Shown here: piece after piece, positions 25,554-31,253 of the stretch | How the letters are laid out: the number at the start of each line of letters is the position of its first letter | Numbering within the stretch: the stretch's first letter is position 1 | DNA from: a virus | Taxonomy: Duplodnaviria; Caudoviricetes | Length of the DNA stretch: 31,253 bases | Virus record (IMG/VR): IMGVR_UViG_3300043932_000191 | Location: 1-31,253 of that record | Direction: 5' to 3' (one strand) | Notes under the pieces: generated by a model | Database searches by the model: none | What the model was told of the DNA's origin: nothing | What the model saw: the letters and a program-made list of their open reading frames with translations, nothing else | Translations under genes and position numbers: made by a program

Positions 25554-27376
25554 ATTTCCTCCAAGAACTCGAAACAGTCCTAAAGGACGACGAACGCTTC
25601 GTCTCACAAGACGGCCAGCTACTCAAACCGCGAGTCCAAGACGCCGTCACCCAGCTTGACGCGCAACTGATCCGCCAGCTCATGGCAGCACCAGCGCTGA
25701 AAGAACACTTCTTCAAGAACGTCGATGGCATCACGATCTTCGACCAAGAGAAGTTCATGTGGGTCGTCAACTCCAAAGAGTTCCTGCCCGACAGCTACAC
25801 CAGCTACCGCAACAAGATCGGGCTATCTGCCAACGACCACGAGCTCCTCACCTCGTCGAACGAAGTCTCCCTCGTCTGGCCATACAAAGACTGCGTACTC
25901 GAAGGAGGCCAAGACAAGGAAGAAGAAAAACGCGACGAGATCTTCTACAACGAAACCCTCGCCCCCGACGAAGTCGGTAGGCTCCTCGCACCCAAAGCCT
26001 TCAGCAACGCCACCCGGTACAGCGCAGAAGGAGAAGAACACGTCACTGAGTTCGACGAGAACGACAACCTTCTCATCAAAGGCAACAACCTACTCGCCCT
26101 GAGCTCACTACTAGAGCGATACGAAGGCCAAGTCAAGTGCATCTACATCGACCCGCCATACAACACGGGCGGCGATGGTTTTAATTACAATGACCGGTTC
26201 AACCACTCCACGTGGCTCACCTTTATAAAGAATCGCTTGGTGCTTGCTCGACGGCTGCTGGCTGACGATGGCGTAATCTTTCTCAGTCTTGATGACAAGG
26301 AAGCGCACTATTGCAAAATTCTCATGGATGAAGTTTTTGGCCGAGAGAACTTTGTGGCCGATATTTGTCACAAGGCACGCGCTTCGGTCTCCAACGACAA
26401 GATTATTTCCGTGAGCCACAACCACCTGCTTATGTTTGCAAGGAATGAGCGCCTAGTTTATGCACGACGGGAGAAGTATGGGATATCCAAGGATACCTCG
26501 ACGTTTACTTTGAAGGACGACCGTGGTTACTACAAACTTGTACCTGTGGATGGTCCCGGAGGCGCACGGAAGGGAAATCCTTTTTACGAATTTTTAGGCG
26601 TGGAAGGCTACTGGAGGTTCTCTAAGGCAACCATGCAAGAAATGTACGACGATGGACTGATCGTCAAGCAAGGCAAATCTCTCCAGCAAAAGTACTACAA
26701 GTCAAAGGCAGATGGTCAGCGACAAACTATCACCACTTGGTGGGATGAAGGCCTACTGACTTCAAGCGCAAGCACCGAGCTGAACAACAAGTTGGAATTG
26801 AGCTTCAATAACCCGAAGAACGAGGCTCTTCTAGAGCTTGTTCTTGAATTCGCCACGCAAAGTGGAGATCTGGTACTCGACTTCTTCCTTGGTTCTGGGA
26901 CCACTGCTGCGGTGGCTCAGAAGATGGGGCGTCGCTATATCGGGGTGGAACAGATGGACTATGTCTCATCTGTGACGATTCCGCGCTTGCAGAAGGTTAT
27001 TGCTGGGGAGCAAGGCGGTGTCTCGAAGGCCCAGGAATGGAAGGGTGGTGGCTCCTTCGTCTACGTCGAGCTTGCAGAGCAGGGCGAGAAGTTGATGGGC
27101 GAGCTGCAGGATGCGGCAACCGCCGACGAGGTTCAGGGGTTGCTCGATCGGGCAACCGACCGTGGGCTGTTGCGACCTTCTATCCTGCCTGATCAGCTAG
27201 CGGAGTCCGCACTGGAGTTTGCGTATCTATCCCTCGATGAGCAGAAGCGGGCCGTGGCCGAGTTGATCGACAAGAACCGTCTGTACGTCAACGCTTCAGA
27301 CGTAGAGGATACCGAACTTGGCTTGTCGGAGACCGACATCGCGTTCACGAAGTCCTTTTACGGGAAGGGCGAATAA
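25550..27376 (+). CDS. mod: Type III restriction-modification methyltransferase (Mod)
   Basis: NLLIKGNNL, IYIDPPYNTG, NPKNEALL, DFFLGSGTTAAVAQKMGRRYIGVEQ; ATGA overlap with the ATPase gene. Confidence 0.93.
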   Translation: MNFLQELETVLKDDERFVSQDGQLLKPRVQDAVTQLDAQLIRQLMAAPALKEHFFKNVDGITIFDQEKFMWVVNSKEFLPDSYTSYRNKIGLSANDHELLTSSNEVSLVWPYKDCVLEGGQDKEEEKRDEIFYNETLAPDEVGRLLAPKAFSNATRYSAEGEEHVTEFDENDNLLIKGNNLLALSSLLERYEGQVKCIYIDPPYNTGGDGFNYNDRFNHSTWLTFIKNRLVLARRLLADDGVIFLSLDDKEAHYCKILMDEVFGRENFVADICHKARASVSNDKIISVSHNHLLMFARNERLVYARREKYGISKDTSTFTLKDDRGYYKLVPVDGPGGARKGNPFYEFLGVEGYWRFSKATMQEMYDDGLIVKQGKSLQQKYYKSKADGQRQTITTWWDEGLLTSSASTELNNKLELSFNNPKNEALLELVLEFATQSGDLVLDFFLGSGTTAAVAQKMGRRYIGVEQMDYVSSVTIPRLQKVIAGEQGGVSKAQEWKGGGSFVYVELAEQGEKLMGELQDAATADEVQGLLDRATDRGLLRPSILPDQLAESALEFAYLSLDEQKRAVAELIDKNRLYVNASDVEDTELGLSETDIAFTKSFYGKGE

Positions 27377-30012
27377 TGAGCACCCCAACGGATCAGAGCA
27401 ACTTCTTGTTCGAGGAACTCGACGTGCTCCACAGGCGCGGGTTTCGCCGCGAGCTGCCAGCCCACATCGAGCAGAATCTTGCTCCGCACATCGAGTTGCG
27501 TGAATATCAGGAGCACGCGTTCTCGAACACGCTCGAATACTTGAACAACGAAAGCTTCTCGAAGAATCGTCAGACGCATCTGCTGTATCACATGGCGACC
27601 GGCTCAGGTAAAACCGTGATGATGGCCGGCCTCATCCTGCACTACTACTCGCTGGGCTACCGCAACTTCCTGTTCTTCGTGAACCAGACGAACATCATTG
27701 AGAAGACCAAAGCGAACTTCTTGGACACAGCCTCGGCAAAGTATCTGTTCGCCGAATCAATCGAGATCGATGGCATGCGGGTTCCGATCAACGAGGCCAG
27801 CAACTTTGCTGCCGCTGATCCGAACGCAATCAACCTCTGCTTCTCGACGACACAAAAGCTGCACATAGATTTCCTCGACCCGAAGGAAAACTCCCTCACC
27901 AGTGACGACTTCGAGGACGCCCCAGTGGTGATGATTTCCGACGAGTCGCACCACGTGAACACACGAACCAAGCGGGCGACAAAGGCTGAGGACGAGGAAG
28001 ACCGATCGTGGGAATACACGGTCAGCTCAGCCTTCCTGGGCAACCGGGACAATGTGCTACTGGAGTTCACGGCGACTGTCGACCTGCGCGACCGCAACAT
28101 CCTCCAGAAGTACAAAGACAAGATCGTCTTCGACTACCCGCTGGCACGATTCCGTGAGTCCGGGTTCACGAAGGACTTCCAGAACTTCCAGTCTGTCCTC
28201 GATCCGTGGGGAAGGACTCTTCAAGCACTTGTCTTGTCGGAGTACCGTCGCGCCTTGTTCGCTGACGGTGGCGTCTACTCGAAACCCGTTGTGCTGTTGA
28301 AATCGCAGCGGATCGATGATTCGAAAGCGTTCTACGACGAGTTCTTTCAGCGGCTCAACCGGCTCACCGAAAACGAAATCCTCGACATGGCCACGGACGG
28401 TCTGATGAAACAAGCCATCGGCTACTTTCAAGAGAAAGACCCGACTCTTCGATCCTTGCGTTTGAGTATTCAGCAAGGGTTCGCCGAAGAGAACGCCATC
28501 ATCATGAACGGCTCGACCGACAACTCCACTGAGAAGCAGCTGGCAGTGAACTCCCTCGAAGATCACTCCAACCCGTATCGGATCATCTTCACGGTGGACA
28601 TGCTCAACGAAGGCTGGGACGTCCTCAACCTCTACGACATCGTCCGCCTCTACGAAACACGCCAGGGCGGCAAAGCAGGCAAGCCCGGCGCATACACGAT
28701 CAAGGAAGCGCAGCTGATCGGACGCGGAGCCCGATACTTCCCGTTCCTCCTCGACAACGAGTCCGTGGATCGCGATCAAGAAGACAAGTTCGTCCGCAAA
28801 TACGACCATGACCTTGACAGCCCCAACCGACTCCTTGAAACCCTGCTCTACCACTCCAAGCAGGACTCGAAGTACATCACCGAACTGCGCCTCGCCCTGC
28901 GTGAAACCGGGTTGCTGCCCGATGAAGTCACCGAAGTCACCTACGAACTCAAATCGTCGTTCAAACAGACGGACTTCTACCACAACGCGGTGGTGTTCAG
29001 TAACCGCCGCGAGGAAGTCTCCCGCGAGGAGGTTACCCAGCTGGATAACCGGGTGCAGTCGGCAATCTATCAACTCGATGTCCGCCACGCTCCTTCCCGG
29101 CTCGTGAGCCTCTTCGAAACCGACAGCGGGCAAACAGCGGCATCCAAGAGCCCGAAGATTCATACGATCCACCAAAGGATCAATAAGATGCCGTTGAACG
29201 TAGTCTTGGGATCGTTGGCATGTTATGACGCGCTACGCTTTGAGGCGCTCAAGCACTATTTCCCGCACCTTGACTCGACCCGCGAGTTCGTCACGTCCAG
29301 TAACTATCTCGGTGAAACTGAGATCACCTTCCAAAGCGACACCGAAAACCTCAGCGCGACCGACCTGCGGGCAGGCTTGGACAAAGTGTTCCGAGCCGTC
29401 GCCAGCTACCTGGCAGGCATCAAGGTCACCTACCGTGGCACGCACCAGTTCGAAGCCACACGGTTGAACGAGGTGCTGCGAAACAAGCGCCTCCAGATCG
29501 CGAACCCAGTCGAGGGTGGAATCGGCACCAGCCAAACCAACGATCCCGACTCCAGCCGCCGCATCGACCTCGACAAGGCAGACTGGTACGTCTACAACGA
29601 CAACTACGGCACCAGCGAAGAAAAGTCCTTCGTCAAGTACTTCTCGACCGTTGTCTACGACCTCAAGCAGCGCTACGACGAGGTCTATCTGGTGCGCAAC
29701 GAACGGCTGGCTCCGCTCGCCATCTACTCGTTTGCCACCGGCGAGCGATTCGAGCCTGACTACCTCCTCTTCCTACGTAAGAAGGATCAGGCTTACAAGC
29801 AGCAGCAGATCTACGTGGAGCCGAAGGGCACGCACCTGCTGGAAAACGACAAGTGGAAGGAAGACTTCTTGCTCGCCATCGAGCAGAATGCCATCCCGCA
29901 CACCATTTACGTCGACAACACCGACTATCGCATAATCGGCCTACCGTTCTACAACCAAGAAAACCGCATGCCCGAATTCCGGGAGGCGCTCAAAGCCGCA
30001 ACCCTCATCTGA
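27376..30012 (+). CDS. res: Type III restriction endonuclease (Res)
   Basis: MATGSGKT, DESHH, FTAT, NEGWDVLN, QLIGRGAR, and C-terminal nuclease FEPDY...VEPKG. Confidence 0.93.
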   Translation: MSTPTDQSNFLFEELDVLHRRGFRRELPAHIEQNLAPHIELREYQEHAFSNTLEYLNNESFSKNRQTHLLYHMATGSGKTVMMAGLILHYYSLGYRNFLFFVNQTNIIEKTKANFLDTASAKYLFAESIEIDGMRVPINEASNFAAADPNAINLCFSTTQKLHIDFLDPKENSLTSDDFEDAPVVMISDESHHVNTRTKRATKAEDEEDRSWEYTVSSAFLGNRDNVLLEFTATVDLRDRNILQKYKDKIVFDYPLARFRESGFTKDFQNFQSVLDPWGRTLQALVLSEYRRALFADGGVYSKPVVLLKSQRIDDSKAFYDEFFQRLNRLTENEILDMATDGLMKQAIGYFQEKDPTLRSLRLSIQQGFAEENAIIMNGSTDNSTEKQLAVNSLEDHSNPYRIIFTVDMLNEGWDVLNLYDIVRLYETRQGGKAGKPGAYTIKEAQLIGRGARYFPFLLDNESVDRDQEDKFVRKYDHDLDSPNRLLETLLYHSKQDSKYITELRLALRETGLLPDEVTEVTYELKSSFKQTDFYHNAVVFSNRREEVSREEVTQLDNRVQSAIYQLDVRHAPSRLVSLFETDSGQTAASKSPKIHTIHQRINKMPLNVVLGSLACYDALRFEALKHYFPHLDSTREFVTSSNYLGETEITFQSDTENLSATDLRAGLDKVFRAVASYLAGIKVTYRGTHQFEATRLNEVLRNKRLQIANPVEGGIGTSQTNDPDSSRRIDLDKADWYVYNDNYGTSEEKSFVKYFSTVVYDLKQRYDEVYLVRNERLAPLAIYSFATGERFEPDYLLFLRKKDQAYKQQQIYVEPKGTHLLENDKWKEDFLLAIEQNAIPHTIYVDNTDYRIIGLPFYNQENRMPEFREALKAATLI

Positions 30013-30039
30013 CCAAGAGGCGCTACGACGCCCCACTCG

Positions 30040-30729
30040 CTACATGACCGCGAGTTCGCCTGGGCGCATCACGGGGCTCCAGCGTTGCGGGAGGTTGAGG
30101 GTGACGGCCTCGCCGGTGATGAACACGAAGCCGAGCCTGCCGTCGGTGAGCATGCACCCGCCCTCCAGTACGGCAAGGAAGTCCGGGATGTGGAGCGCAA
30201 GCTGCATCGGCGATTCGGTCAGGAGCTTGTCGATCTCCGTGCGGAGCGTCGATGGGCGTCGCCGCACACCGGTTGCCCGCAGGCTGTCCACGGCCTGGGC
30301 GACTGCCGTGCTGTTGCGCCCGGCGAGCACCTGCAACGCTTCGGCCATTTTCACCAGCAACACCTCTTGGTAGAGGTGGCTGGTGGCGCAGGTGCCGCGC
30401 TTGACGTAGTTCGTGGGGCACTCCCACACGTCGACCCGGTTCGGGGTGCCCGAATGCCAAGTCTTGTGGCCAAACACCCGTCCGCAGTCGCCACAGACGA
30501 TCTTGCCAGACATACGCCGTCCGAAAGATCTGTGGCCTTGCGGATCGACGCGGGTCGCCAGCCAAGGCAGTTCCCGGTCTGCCATGCCGAGCGCATCTGC
30601 GGCGTGGCGGTGGGCTAGGAATGCGTACATCCACTCGATGATGTTCTGTGCGGCCAGGTTTTCGAGAAGGAAGTTGGTCAAGCGGTAGTCGATCCTGGTC
30701 TGGACGGTCGGTAGGTCGTCGTATTTCAT
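30040..30729 (-). CDS. Large-serine-recombinase zinc-ribbon/C-terminal region without a catalytic domain
   Basis: SGKIVCGDCG...TWHSG...WEC...C...HL zinc ribbon; no resolvase YxRxS motif; RBS AGGAG. Confidence 0.7.
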   Translation of the reverse strand: MKYDDLPTVQTRIDYRLTNFLLENLAAQNIIEWMYAFLAHRHAADALGMADRELPWLATRVDPQGHRSFGRRMSGKIVCGDCGRVFGHKTWHSGTPNRVDVWECPTNYVKRGTCATSHLYQEVLLVKMAEALQVLAGRNSTAVAQAVDSLRATGVRRRPSTLRTEIDKLLTESPMQLALHIPDFLAVLEGGCMLTDGRLGFVFITGEAVTLNLPQRWSPVMRPGELAVM

Positions 30730-30756
30730 GGTGTCGGCTCCTGTCTATGCGTCACC

Positions 30757-30789
30757 TACATACACGCTCTAATCAGGGCTAATAGCAAG
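30757..30789 (-). promoter_or_regulatory. Divergent fifth copy of the repeated promoter-like element
   Basis: CTTGCTA-N18-TGTATGTA, same spacing as CTGGATA-N18-TGTATGTA in the copies at 1986-4133. Confidence 0.55.
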
Positions 30790-31027
30790 TCGTAACCGGC
30801 ACTACCTTTTGGCGCTTGCCACACCTTTTAGCGCTCCACTGTCAGCCACACCCGTTGTGGTTCACGTCGCCCGGCTCCGCCTCCCGATCGCACCAAATAC
30901 CGAAGCCGCACTGCCCGAATATGCGGCTCGACGGTCAGCATGACGGCGTGTTTTGCCTAGTGGCAAGCGGGTTTCGCCAAATCTGCGTCACCAACGCTCC
31001 GCACGGCGTTGTATCCACTTCGATAAG

Positions 31028-31253
31028 GTCTGCGATCCGGCGGCTGGGTCGGGCGGCATGTTCGTGCAGTCGGCCGAGTTCGTCAAAGCCCATGGAGGAA
31101 AACGCAACGACATCTCGGTCTACGGTCAGGAGTTCACCGACACGACTTGGAAGCTCGCGAAGATGAACCTCGCGCTGCGGGGTATCGAGGCCGACATGGG
31201 GTCTCACTCGGCCGACTCGTTCACGGAGGATCTGCACCCCGACCTGCGTGCCG
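31028..31253 (+). pseudogene. hsdM: Type I RM methyltransferase subunit M, 5'-truncated (continues out of window)
   Basis: [19 protein letters not shown]...[28 protein letters not shown]...DLHPDLRA. The upstream frame is unrelated and has a stop at 30941-30943. Confidence 0.88.

Larger units (their letters stand above)
1..31025. mobile_element. Prophage / phage-like integrative element (left end outside window; right junction probably inside hsdM near 31020-31030)
   Basis: Contiguous phage replication and packaging genes on the minus strand, a defence-type operon and a recombinase-like remnant, ending where a 5'-truncated hsdM begins. Confidence 0.8.

Noticed and set aside
25550-27376. Phase-variable simple repeat in mod
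   Set aside because: No tandem repeat tract or long homopolymer is visible.
30950-30961. GTTTTGCCTAGT shared with repeat copy 1 (2021-2032)
   Set aside because: A 12-bp match without the promoter core, within chance expectation.

Overview
GC-rich DNA, probably from an actinobacterial host. Most of it is a temperate phage-like element with a DNA polymerase A / DUF2800 / DUF2815 / sigma-factor replication module. The minus strand (1-20910), read from 20910 down, carries a sigma-like regulator, the replication genes (DUF2800 nuclease, DUF2815 SSB, PolA, BRO-KilAC antirepressor, P4-type primase-helicase, VRR-NUC, SNF2 helicase) and a late activator. These are followed by HNH, TerS, MetK, a ParB-fused methyltransferase, small genes behind four copies of a promoter-like repeat, and TerL, which runs off the window. 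A HEXXH-protein moron sits on the plus strand between HNH and TerS. The plus strand (21445-30012) holds six overlapping genes: ORF A, ORF B, an HTH_17 protein, an RloC-like ABC ATPase and type III Mod and Res. The most striking signal is a 15-aa Q/N/G-rich motif shared by the C-terminus of ORF A and the N-terminus of ORF B (10/15 identical, 7 of those with synonymous codon changes). That layout matches amyloid-signalling gene pairs, but here the partner is not an NLR. At the right end are a serine recombinase-like gene lacking a catalytic domain and a 5'-truncated type I hsdM, the probable integration site. Family assignments come from motif recognition only; no searches were run.
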